This document shows positions 13,798 to 25,316 of a stretch of DNA of 64,000 nt, one piece after another. The first letter of the stretch is position 1, and each line of letters starts with the position of its first letter. The notes beneath the pieces are model-generated. The model made no database searches. It saw only the letters and a program-made list of their open reading frames with translations, and had not been told where the DNA came from. The position numbers and the translations under genes are program-made. Source of the stretch: the human T2T-CHM13v2.0 reference genome, Homo sapiens; the NCBI RefSeq assembly GCF_009914755.1, contig NC_060939.1; one strand, given 5' to 3'.

Positions 13798-14290
13798 TCA
13801 GTGCAGCCCCTGATATGGCCCCCAACCCACCCTGCCCCCTACCACCAGCAGTGTCGCCCCCCCCCCAATAGCACACCCAACGTAGGCAAACCGCCCCGCC
13901 TCCCTGCACCATGGGCATTACAGCACCCCATAGCGCCCTCAACCCGAAACCGCCACACCACCCCCCACAGCCGCACAGTGCAGCCCTGGATAGCACACTT
14001 AGCCCACCTCACTGTTGCCAGCAATACAGTCTGGGATAGTGCCCCCAACCGGCTCCCCGCCAAAGGCAGTGCAGCCCCGGTTTGGGCCCCCAAACCACCC
14101 CCCGGTGCAGGCAGCACAGCCCCAGATAGCACACCCAACCAGCCACCCAAGACGGGCAGTGACACCTGAGATAGGGCTCCCAACCCGTCCCAGGCCACCC
14201 GCAGTGCAGCCTGGATAGTGCACTTACCCCGATGCCTTTCTACGCTCTGGCTGGCTGCAGTGTCCATCGCTGCCACCAACCACAAACAGG
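13798..14290 (+). repeat. Second block of the ~40-bp cagtgcagccc(t/c)ggatagc..ccccaacc tandem repeat
   Basis: About ten degenerate units sharing the consensus of 12040-12340. Confidence 0.8.
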
Positions 14291-14349
14291 GCTGCAAACA
14301 GGAAGGATTTTATTCACCGTCGATGCGGCCCCGAGTTGTCCCAAAGCGA

Positions 14350-14530
14350 GGCAGTGCCCCAAGGTCTGTGCAGAGCAGAACGCAGCTCCGCCCTCGCGGT
14401 GCCACCGGCCCGCCCGCCCGGGTCTGTGCTGAGGTGAACACTGCTCCGCCTTCGCTGTATCTCCGAAGTCTGTGCTGAGGAGAACGCAGCTCCGCCCTCG
14501 CAAAGGCACACAGCGCCGGCGCGGGCGTGG
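14350..14530 (+). repeat. TAR1 telomere-associated repeat (37-bp-type units)
   Basis: gtctgtgcagagcagaacgcagctccgccctcgcggtg, cccgcccgcccgggtctg and gtctgtgctgaggagaacgcagctccgccctcgc are hallmark TAR1 text that follows (CCCTAA)n at human chromosome ends. Confidence 0.85.
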
Positions 14531-15050
14531 CGGAGAGGCGGACAGCAGCGGCACGGCGGAGAGGCAGACAGCGACGGAGAGGCGGACAGCGGCGCAGAGG
14601 CGGACAGCGGCGGCACGGCGGAGGGGCGGACAGCGGCGGAGAGGCGGACAGCGGCGGCGCGGCGGAGAGGCGGACAGCGGCGGAGAGGCGGACAGCGGCG
14701 GCGCGGCGGAGAGGCGGACAGCGGCGCAGAGGCGGACAGCGGCGACACGGCGGAGGGGCGGACAGCGGCGGAGAGGCGGACAGCGGCGGCGCGGCGGAGA
14801 GGCGGACAGCGGCGGAGAGGCGGACAGCGGCGGAGAGGCGGACAGCGGCGCAGAGGCGGACAGCGGCGGCACGGCGGAGGGGCGGACAGCGGCGGAGGGG
14901 CGGACAGCGGCGGCGCGGCGGAGAGGCGGACAGCGGCGGAGAGGCGGACAGCGGCGGCGCGGCGGAGAGGCGGACAGCGGCGGCGCGGCGGAGAGGCGGA
15001 CAGCGGCGGAGAGGCGCACAGTGCCGGCGCTGGCGCGGAGAGGCGCAGGC
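14527..15050 (+). repeat. GC-rich VNTR of 18-bp (GGCGGAGAGGCGGACAGC) and 26-bp (plus GGCGGCGC/GGCGGCAC) units; CpG island
   Basis: Highly homogeneous tandem units seen directly. Related to the TAR1 29-bp unit ggcgcagagaggcgc. Confidence 0.9.
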
Positions 15051-15719
15051 CCAGGCTCCACTCCCCAGCTGTGAAAGGGTAAGAACTGAGGGTGGCTGAG
15101 ACTCGGGGTTGTTCAGGGCGGGGTGGGCTCTGGACCCAGCAGGCCTGGCACCCAGGTCAGGGCTCCAGGGGAGGCCAGGTGGGCGAAGGCCAAGAAGGGG
15201 CTGGGGCTGGTCAGGAAGGGCTCCTGGTGACCAGAGCACTTTGCGTGAGCCAGCGTGGGAGGAAGGTGGGCTGGATGAGCCAGGGAGGCGCCGGGAGGGG
15301 CCTTGGCAGAGGCGACCCCCTCCGTCAGCCCCCAGGCCACTGAACCCTGGGTAGCGAGAACCGACAGGGGAGACTGCAGACAGAGGAGTGGAGGCTCCCC
15401 GGCTTTGGGGGCTCTGAGTGGAAGCATCTAGGGGGTCCCTCAAGAGGCCCCCAAACGCTTCCCCATGGTGAAAAAAGAAGGCGCAGAGAGGGGCACGGCG
15501 CCGGCGCCAACGCAGAGGGGCGCACAGTGAGATTTGCTGTGATTTCTTTTATTGCCCCAAATGTACTTCATCTTGGTAGATTTCTATTGGCTTTAAAAAT
15601 GTGTGTGTTTTGCTGTTGGGGAGTGGGGTATTATACGGATGTCAGATTTTGCTGGTTGACTGTTCAGATCTTTTGTAAATCCTTGCTCCTTTTCTGCCTA
15701 GTTTCACTCTGTCACTTAC

Positions 15720-15970
15720 ACTAGAGTGCGGTGGCACGAACATGACTCACTGCAGCCTTGACTTCCTAGGGTCAAGTACTTCCCCTGGCTTAACCTCCTG
15801 ACTAGCTGGTACTATAGGTGTGTGCCGCCACACCTGACTAAATTTAAAATTTTTTGGAGAGATGAGGCCTTGCTATGTTGCCCAGGCTCGAACTCCTGGC
15901 CTCAAGCTATCCTTTGTCTTTGCCTCCCAGAGTTCTGGGATTACAGGCATGAGCCACTGTGCCCGGCCTC
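15720..15970 (-). mobile_element. AluJ-like element
   Basis: Alu antisense motifs ending gagccactgtgcccggcc. Confidence 0.85.
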
Positions 15971-16079
15971 TGCCTAGTTTTAACAGTTGCTAAGAGGAGG
16001 ATGTTGAAGTAGATGTCTTCTTGGTGGGTCAATCCTTTTGTCATTAAGCAGTTGTTATGGTCACTTCCTTTTCACCCCA

Positions 16080-16560
16080 TTGGTGAAGGAGGGGTCCCTG
16101 CCCTAAAGTGTAGGAGATGGCTGAACACGACACCTGGCGTGGATGGATGAGATTGACAGCAGTGTTTTAGTCACATATACCCACAGCTCAGAGGAGGACA
16201 CTGCATGCCACACAGGGTCAGATGGGCACCGCACTCTGTAGCGGAGTGAGGGCTGCGGGCTGAGGAAGGAGGCAGGCTTGATAGTAACAAGAGCACACAA
16301 TGACCAATGGTTCCCGAGGGGGAGAGCAATTGGCTTGTTTGAATAAATTCATGGGCTGGCAGACAGGTGAAGTGAAACTTCTTAGGCTGAGGTGCAACTG
16401 TTCTGGCTGATAAAAGAACTAGCCAGGTGGGGAGCCTTTCCTGTTGGGTGGCAGGGTAGGGGGTGTCTGGTAGAAACAGGAAAACCCACGGCTAGGCCTT
16501 TGGGGCCCTGTGAGGCTCAAAGATGTCAAGGCAGCATAGGAAATTTTAGATCTTAAAATT
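16080..16560. mobile_element. Probable old solo LTR (family uncertain)
   Basis: LTR-like composition (cagcagtgttttagtcacatatacccacagc) embedded in old L1 sequence. Confidence 0.4.
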
Positions 16561-16579
16561 CAACGAAGACCCTCTCCAG

Positions 16580-18640
16580 CTCTGGTAAATTATTTTGCTT
16601 GAAGTCTACTTCATGAGATATTAATATATTCACTCCTGCTTCCTTAAAAAATTAATGATTTCACAGGATATCTTTCTCCATTCTTTTACTTTCAACCTAC
16701 TTAGGTCCTTAAGTGAGTTTGAAGTTTCTTATGAACAGTATTTAGTTGGGCCATGTGTTTATTATAGGCTCTCCATCAATCTGTCTTTTGGTTTATTTAG
16801 ACCATTTACATTTAAGGTGCTTATTGTTACATAATTGCTTATGTCTGATGTTTTTATTATTTGCTTTTTTGTTTCCTTTTTCTTTCTCTCCATCTTGATC
16901 TATTTCTGTATAATGTTGTTGCGTGTATCTCTTTGTATAGTCTTAAAGTGTTTGCTCTGGATGTTACAATATGTGTATTGTAATATAGTAGTCTACTGGT
17001 ACCAGTATTTACCACTTCAAAGTGTGGAAACCTGCCTTGCATTTATGTCTCTTTACCTTTTCCACTTGTATAAATCACTGGCTTGAGTATTAGGTGGTGG
17101 TATAGTTTTTGTTTCAGTCGTCAAATGTGATTTTAAGAACTGTGGATTGTCTCGCGTATGTATCCACATTTCTGGTCTTTCCTTTGTCCCTCCTCCCGTA
17201 GTCCCATATTCATCCCTTCTGCATAAGAACTTTCTATAGCCATTTTTTATTTTGATTTTTTTGTTTTAATTTTTTGTATTGTGGAAATGACAGAACATAT
17301 TTCTGTAGCCACTTTTTAGCATGTCTAAATTGACCAGTGACAAATTCCTATATTCTCTTCCTCGGAGAATGTCTTTATTTCTCTCTTCATTTCTGAAGGG
17401 TAGTTTCATGGGATATAGAATTTGCAGCGAACAGTTTTTTTGTTTGGTTGGTTTTTTTGTTTGGTTGGTTTTTTTTAAGCACTTGAAAATGTTGTGCCAC
17501 TTCCTTCTGGCCTCCATGGCATTTGAATTGGCGTGTCCCTACAGGCATTCTGCCATTTTTGGTCTTTGTTTTTAGTTTTGAAAGTTTAATCAGTGTTGCT
17601 TTCTTTTGGTATACTTTGAGGTTTGCTCAGCTTCTTGAATCTGTAAGTTTATATCTTTCACCAAACGTGGGAAGCCTCAGGAATTAGTTATTTGCATGCT
17701 TTCACAGCTCTGGTCTCCTGTGGGACTCAGATAACATAAATGCGTGGTCTTTTGTTATCGTCCCACAGGTCCGTGCAACTCTGTTCATTTGTTTTCAGGT
17801 TATTTTCTCTCTATTGTTTAGACCGGGTGAATTCGGTTGATCAGGTTTCAGCTTCTCTGATTCTCTCCTCTGTCGTCTCCACTTTTACTCAATAGAGCCC
17901 ATCCAGTTAGATTTTTTTAAAATTTCTTTTACTGTATTTTATATTTCTGTAATTTCCATTTGATTCTTCTTCAGTTTCTTTGCTGACGTTTTCAGTTCTT
18001 TGATTGTTGCCATAGGATTTGTAGTTGCTTGTTGAAGCATTTTTATACTGGCTGTTACAAGTGATGAGTCAGATGGTTCCAACATCTGCCTATGTAATTT
18101 TTTTTATTTTTGCAGGCAGTCCTCCTGTTTAGGTTTAGTCTGTAGGTCTTGGTCTACTTTGTGGGCTGTGATTGCAATGGCAATTTAATTTCAGAGCTTT
18201 CATGGTGTTATTTTGGTCTGTTTGGCTTATATGTATCACTGGGATTCTCCCACCAGTCCCTTCTGTTGCCCACCTGAGGGAACAGGGGAGCTGCCCCAGG
18301 CTGGGCCACCTGCTGCAGCTAGGTGGGTGGGGAATGGTGGTGGTCTTGGTGTGTGGAGCTGGTTTTCTTGTTGTGGGGAAGATCTCCTTTGATCTGCAGG
18401 GACTGAGTCTGCCTGGGTTGCCTTCTATTGCTACGTTGGGAGTTGGGAAACTCTGGGCCTGGGTCACCTTCCTATTGGATGAGGTCCAGGGAGACACCTG
18501 GCTACTATGCATTCCCTAGTCCTAGAGTCCCTCAGCAGCCTTTTTCTGTCCACCTTTTGGAATTCTCCATTGATCCTCTCCTGTCTATTATTTCTACAAT
18601 TTGGGTTACATTTCTTAGGAGGGTATAATGTGTTATCTTC
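16580..18640 (-). mobile_element. Ancient L1M ORF1 / 5' region
   Basis: ORF 17266-17517 MEARRKWHNIFKCLK...LQILYPMKLPFRNE matches the L1 ORF1p C-terminal motif (EARRQW..IFK.LKE...PRILYPAKLSF). Confidence 0.8.
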
Positions 18641-19099
18641 TCTAGACCAGAAATTCTTAGTGGTGGTTTTGGGTTGTAACTGTGCTAAAGGGAGAATTGG
18701 CATATTTGTGATGTCGAATCTTTCTTTTCAAATGAGGACGTATCATTATTCAGTATATAATATTTACAACACCTACTTCCTTGGGTTGAAGAATGTGGTT
18801 AAGGCAAGGAAAGTACTTAACGCAGTGCCTGGTGTGGAGAGCACTTACGAGTGTTGGTAGTGATGCTATTCCTTTTGTCCTTTGGTAGCCTATTAAAGCT
18901 TTTCTTCTTTTTTAAAAAATAAAGTTCCGGTGCACTTCTTGTTAGGTTTATTCCTATTTTATCCTTTTTTGCTTTTATTACAAATAGGAGCTTCCTATCT
19001 TTTATAATGTCTACCTGGTTCTTTGGCCCTTATGTGAAAATGTTTTAATAGCCTTCTAAATATTGCTCTCCCAAATGAGTTTTAACTTGCCTCTTTCTT

Positions 19100-19240
19100 T
19101 TGTTTTCCTTTTTTTGAGACAGGGTCTCACTCTGTCACCCAGGCTGGAGTTCAGTGATGCAATTATGGCTCACTGCAACCTCTGCCTCCCGGGCCCCCAA
19201 AGTGCTGGGTTTACAGGTGTGAGCCACTGCACCCAGCCTT
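19100..19240 (-). mobile_element. Internally deleted Alu
   Basis: tgagacagggtctcactctg...gtgagccactgcacccagcc. Confidence 0.8.
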
Positions 19241-19556
19241 ACTTGTCTATTTCTTTTAAGAGTGGGAACTATAATTGAGCCCAGAGCTCCAAAAACAAAT
19301 GAAGGAATGAATAAGTGAATAAGCTCTTCCCATGGGTTTGGTGTGGTTTGGGGCTTTACTCTTAATCTAAATGCTATGTTTTATATAATCTAAAATTTCC
19401 CCTAGGTGTGTTACATGATTGTGTTGTGTTGAACTTACATTGAGACTCCTTTTCACATGTACTGGTTATCAGCGTGGGACTTTTCCATTCACTCTTTGAA
19501 TTATTCGTTTGGGGGACACAGATAGACCTCTGTGTCTTTCATAAAGAGTGTCCATT

Positions 19557-19872
<316 letters not shown>

Positions 19873-21399
19873 TTATCTATACTGGAAAAATTGAGATTGG
19901 GATTTTGACATGAAGTGCGGAAATGTGGATTGGGTCCATTTAGTTTACCTAAACAGATGATGAAATACTAACCGTTTTATGAAGCATTCCCTAGTGCAAA
20001 GTTTTGCCTGTGTGTCTAGTGACGGGAGCAGTGAGAATGAGGCTTGGAACACGGAGCGCATTGTGGGCCTGTCGTGGGTGGGGCCAGCAGCACATGCATG
20101 CCGGGCTCACAGAGCAGCCTTTGGGTGTTCTTTTCCCAGAGGAGCTCTATGGTGACTTTGAAGACTTGGAAACAGGGGACGTGCACAAGGGAAAATCGGG
20201 CCCCGATACTCAGGTATGTCTTTGTTGTAGCTGGCTGTTCTTGGTCATTGTGTTCTGAGAGAGGCCCATATTGAGAAATGCAAATCTTACTTGTGATGTG
20301 TGAAGATTGCAGATGGGATGGATAGATTCCTTCCTAAAGGGTGGGGATGTGGAGACCAAAGAGAAGCTTTCTTGTTTACTTGTTAAGTTTTGGACGACAG
20401 TTACTACCGTTTCTTGCCATAGTCATTTGCCAAGTCCACTGTGATTTTTCACTCACAGAAGTCTTAGCTTCTCAGACTTACATTCAACCATTGCCATCAT
20501 TCTCCTCTTTTTAAATTTAAGTGTCATTTAAAAGAATGAAGTCCCTGTTCTCCCTAATATTTCTTTAGAACAGGGTCTGGGAGCATCTGGGTGAGGGACA
20601 TATCTGTTATTTTTATTCTAGTTTGTGTTCCCAGCCAGCTTAAGGAATAGCAGCTAATTGTAATGCAGATGTAACAATTTCATGTAGCAGTACCATGTTA
20701 TTCAGAGACCAAGGTTATGTTGTGTTTTGTTTTGTTTTATTGATAACGATAACAGATTTTTGCTAAGATTTTTGTTTAAATAGAACTTTAAAAAATCTAA
20801 TGTTTAAAGAAAAGACTTCATAAACATACACAAAATTTTTTCTTCTGGAAATTTAAGAATGAAGATATAGAGAAACAAGAAAGAAATTGACCCTGATGAA
20901 GAAGAAAGTGCCAAGAAAAAGCATTTGGATAAGAAGAGAAAATTGAAGGAGATGTTTGATGTGGAATATGATGAAGGAGAAAGCACATATTTTGATGATC
21001 TTAAAGGAGAAATGCAGAAACAAGCACAGGTGAGAAACCTCAGTTCCTTTTAGCCCCTTGTCAAGACTATCACATAGTGCAGGAACCCCTGACTTTCTTT
21101 GGGTCCCTGCTTCCTATCCTGCTTCTGTGCCTTTCAGTTGGACTCCTGGGTAGATGCATGTGAGTGTGTTTATTCATGCAGTGAGCTCATTGTTTCTACA
21201 GTCAGAAGGTCACCAGAAAAAGATCCATACCTATTTTGTAACAAGAATTAGGAAACCGAAATGACTGAGACATGGTCTCTACTTTTGAGACTTTTACAAT
21301 GTAGTGATCTAAGACAGTGTGTTCATTTCAGTGCAAGCCAATGCTGCCTATTCTGATCGCTGCTCCCTGATTTGAATGGCAGGTGATCAGTGGCCTGTG

Positions 21400-22760
21400 T
21401 GGCTTATGGACACACAAGAGCTCCCAGGGGAAGTGCTCTCAAAACATCCTGGTCAGAGTTCAGAAGGACATGTGGAGTATAAGGTCAGATGCGGAGATAA
21501 GGGAGATGGTATGGCCCTCCTGCCTGGGGGTGCTGAGCAGGTTGCTGGAGGCGGTGATCTCACTCTGAAGGAGACAGACACAGAAATGTGTGTACAGTTG
21601 ATGGTGAGCATCTGAGTTGCGTCTTGTTAGTGAGGCCAGGAGTGCCTGTGTAAGCTGGAACAGATTAGGTGTATGATTTGTGAAACGGAGTTTCATCCTA
21701 GGTCTTCATCTAGTCAAAGGACTGTTTCTTGATTAGGCATTAGCTTAGTGGTTGCTAGTCTGTGTTGACCTTTGAAAGGCATGACTAGGCTAACTCTGAA
21801 GTTTTTGCTTCACACCATTTACAATTTAAAATTACCTAGAGCCTTGTGTGCCATTGGAAAAGACTGAATGTTTCACTCTGAAATGGGAGTCCTTGGAGGG
21901 TTTTGAGCAGAGGAGAGACATTCAGGTAATCAGATCACTCTGCCAAGAGATCAGTCTGGTAGAGATCAGTCCGGTGGCACAAACCAGAGGGCTGGCAGTG
22001 GAGATGAGACAAAGAGTCAAACCTGGATAGAGTTTATTTGGAAGCTGGGTCAGTAGGATTTCCTGGTGGACTGAATGTGGGATGTGTGAGAGGAAATGAG
22101 GATGGCGGCTGGAAATTCCTGGAAGGATGGGTTGTTGCAGGTTAGATAGGAAACTGTCTGCAGATGCAGTTTTGGGAAGATGATGTTTGGTTTGGCTGGG
22201 TATCATGCAGACAAGCGGAGCGTCAAGTCTGGAGAGACAGGTCTGGCCAGGGACTTAGATGTACAGCCGTCAGCATGTAGATGCCACTTAACTCTGTGAG
22301 GTGGCCAGGGAGTGAGTGCAGAGTGACTGGGAGGAGCAAGACTGGCATGGGCGAGATGGGGCGATTGCGGCTGTGAGACCTGAGCAGTGCCTAGGAGGGA
22401 GAGGGAGAAGCAGTGTGAGCATGCAGGCACGCAGGAGTCCAGTTGTACATGGAGGCGAAGCACTGTTCAGATCCTGCTGCAGTGTTAACTACGGTAAAGG
22501 CAGAGTTGACCACTGGAGGAGTCCTTCAGCGTGGAGGCCTTCAGCAATCTTGGCAAGCACCAATTTTCATGGATGTAGGAGAATGGGAGCAGAGGAACTG
22601 GAGGCTGCAACTGCAGAAAACTTTTGTGGGGTTTTGCTGCAGAGAGAAGCAGAGAAATGAAGCAGTTTTTGGTGGAAGAAGTGGAATCAAAAGGTTTTGA
22701 GATAAGAGAGAGAACAGAGGGAAGAGCTGTTGGAATAAAATCCAGGAAGAGTGGATGGTG
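21400..22760. mobile_element. L2 remnants in a BMS1 intron
   Basis: L2-like text (ggagtccttggagggttttgagcagaggagagacat, ggcagtggagatgaga, ctggagagacaggtctggcc). Confidence 0.65.
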
Positions 22761-22814
22761 TCTAGTGAGCAAGTGATGTGTGGCCCGGAGTAAAGGCATG
22801 GACAAATCATCTGT

Positions 22815-22995
22815 GCCTGAGCTGCCCGTAGAACTTTCTGTGATCATGGAGATGCACGTCTGTGCTTCCCAGTATTGTAACACTGGCCGCAGGTTGATAT
22901 GGACCACTTCCAGTGTGACTAGTGTGATTGAGGAACTGCATTTTTAATATTATGTAATTGTAATTAATTTTAATTTAAATAGCCACACATAGCTC
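22815..22995. mobile_element. MER3-like hAT-Charlie fossil
   Basis: tagaactttctgtgatcatgga...gtgactagtgtgattgaggaactg...ttaaatagccacacatag. Confidence 0.7.
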
Positions 22996-23324
22996 CTCTA
23001 TGGGCCAGGTCAGAGCTCTGATAAGGCTGGATATGGGAGGAAACCCTGGTAGAGGGTTGACCATAGAGGTTCTTTTGGTTTTGGAGTGAATCAGGAAACA
23101 GCCATCAGCTGAGTGAAGGTGAGGGTGGTGGTGGGTGTTTGAAGACAAGAGAAAAGTGTGAAAGAATTGTTTGGAGAGGAAGGAAAGAAGGTGTGGACTG
23201 GGGATGTTTCCAATGTTTGAGCACGCAGGGCTCCACAGTTATCTACATTTGCTGTCCCTTGGAGCAGGAGAGAAGAAAACGGTTGGGACATATTCTGAGC
23301 AGACTGTAGAGGTAAAATGTGTAG

Positions 23325-23630
23325 GTTTTTTTTGTTTTTTTGTTTTTTGAGATGGAATCTCGCTCTATTGCCCAGGCTGGAGTGCAGTGGCACGATCTTG
23401 ACTCACTGCAACCTCCGTCTCCCAGGTTCAAGCGATTCTCTCACCTCTGCCTCCTGAGTAGTTGGGACTATAGGCAGGCACCACCACACCCAGCTGATTT
23501 TGGTATTTTTAGTAGAGACGGGGTTTCACCATGTTGGCGAGGCTGGTTTTAAACTCCTGACCTCATGTGATCTGCCCGCCTCGGCCTCCCAAAGTGCTGG
23601 GATTACAGGCATGAGCCACTGTACCCGGCC
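23325..23630 (-). mobile_element. AluS with TSD
   Basis: Full Alu flanked by aaatgtgtag. Confidence 0.93.
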
Positions 23631-25114
23631 AAATGTGTAGTATTTTTAATAGGATAAAGCCTACATAATTTTGTCCACAGTTCCTTTACTTAGAAATTGC
23701 TCATTTGTTCATGTTAATCCTATGTTTATTACAGATAACAGCATACAGGTTCCCCGCCCCCCACCCCGTCATGTACAGCTGAATCATGCAGAATTTGAAG
23801 ATCAAGATGATGAAGCCAGAGTTCAGTATGAGGGTTTTCGACCTGGGATGTACGTCCGCGTTGAGATTGAAAATGTTCCCTGTGAATTTGTGCAGAACAT
23901 TGACCCCCATTACCCCATTATCCTGGTTGGCTTGGGCAACAGCGAGGGAAATGTTGGATACGTGCAGGTGGGTCCTTTTGCTGCATATTTGGTGCCTGAG
24001 GCTCTGTGGATTTCCCCTCCATCAATCATCTTACCCTCTCATCCCCCTCAGATGCGTCTGAAGAAACATCGCTGGTATAAGAAAATCCTCAAGTCCCGAG
24101 ATCCAATCATATTTTCTGTAGGGTGGAGGAGGTTTCAGACCATCCCGCTCTATTATATCGAAGACCACAATGGAAGACAAAGGCTTCTAAAGTATACCCC
24201 ACAGCACATGCATTGTGGAGCAGCCTTTTGGGGTAAAATATGATTACAATAACTTGCCTATTGCCGAGATTAAACCTTACAGGCTGCGTTATTTTAGCTT
24301 TGTGCTTTTCCTTTCATAAAATTCCACTCCTAAGATTTTTCTCTTTTCTGGGAGCGGGGAGGTGGTTTGAAGTATATATGTAAATCTATATCCAAATCTA
24401 AATGTCCATATCCAGTATGTTAAACTAGAATCTAAAATTTGTGGTTTGCTATATTTCTTTTTTTCCTTTTCCTTTAAGACCCTATCACTCCACAGGGAAC
24501 TCGTTTCTTGGCAATACAGTCTGTCAGTGGCATAATGGTAACTATCTTGGATGATTTCTTTTACAGATTGGTTTGAGAAATATATCCTGAATGTGGGTTA
24601 TTATGTACATGAGACTTTAAGTTGAAAATTACTCATTTTTATTAATATAAAGTAAATTTCCCTTTGCTTTTAATCTTCGTACATCCTTTTCAGTAGGGTG
24701 TGGGATTAGAGGAGGGGAGGTGGAAGAATTATAATGGTACATTTCCTATTTTTGTGCATCTTTTGCATTTATTTATCTAAGCAAGTATTTAAGCAGTGCT
24801 CACCATGTGCTAAGCACTATATGAGGTTATGAGGAGCCATCAGAGACCACCCAGACACAAGACTCCCTGCAGCTGTGCTGGGGTAGCAGTCTGTTCACTC
24901 CATTTTCATTTGACCAGTCACGCAGGGCAGGGTTTACTGGTCCCATTTAACAGAGAAGAAAGCAGAATAATGAGCAGATGGAATCTTCCCTGGAGGTCCA
25001 AATTTTAATTTCCTAAACATTGCAACTGTATTTTTCTTTTCCATTTCGTTCCAAATAAATCATTATAGTAAAATTACATTCCTCTGAAATCACTCTCAGG
25101 AAAGTACTCAAGTA

Positions 25115-25316
<202 letters not shown>

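Larger units (their letters stand above)
14300..15530. promoter_or_regulatory. CpG island / candidate promoter with splice donor AGG|GTAAGA after 15078
   Basis: Very high CpG density, GC boxes, near-consensus donor, and a residual TAR1 29-mer-like unit at ~15478-15527. Confidence 0.6.

Noticed and set aside
12040-14290. CRISPR-like repeat-spacer appearance of the ~40-bp array
   Set aside because: The DNA is primate, the units are degenerate tandem repeats with related spacers, and there are no cas genes.
14240-15443. 190-377 aa repetitive ORFs across the GC VNTR
   Set aside because: The repeat lacks stop codons in every frame, the + strand ORFs start at non-ATG codons, and the frame matching BMS1 is stopped before the donor.
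23671-24243. 190-aa ORF as an intact gene
   Set aside because: It is two BMS1 pseudo-exons plus read-through of an 84-nt intron and flanking intron.
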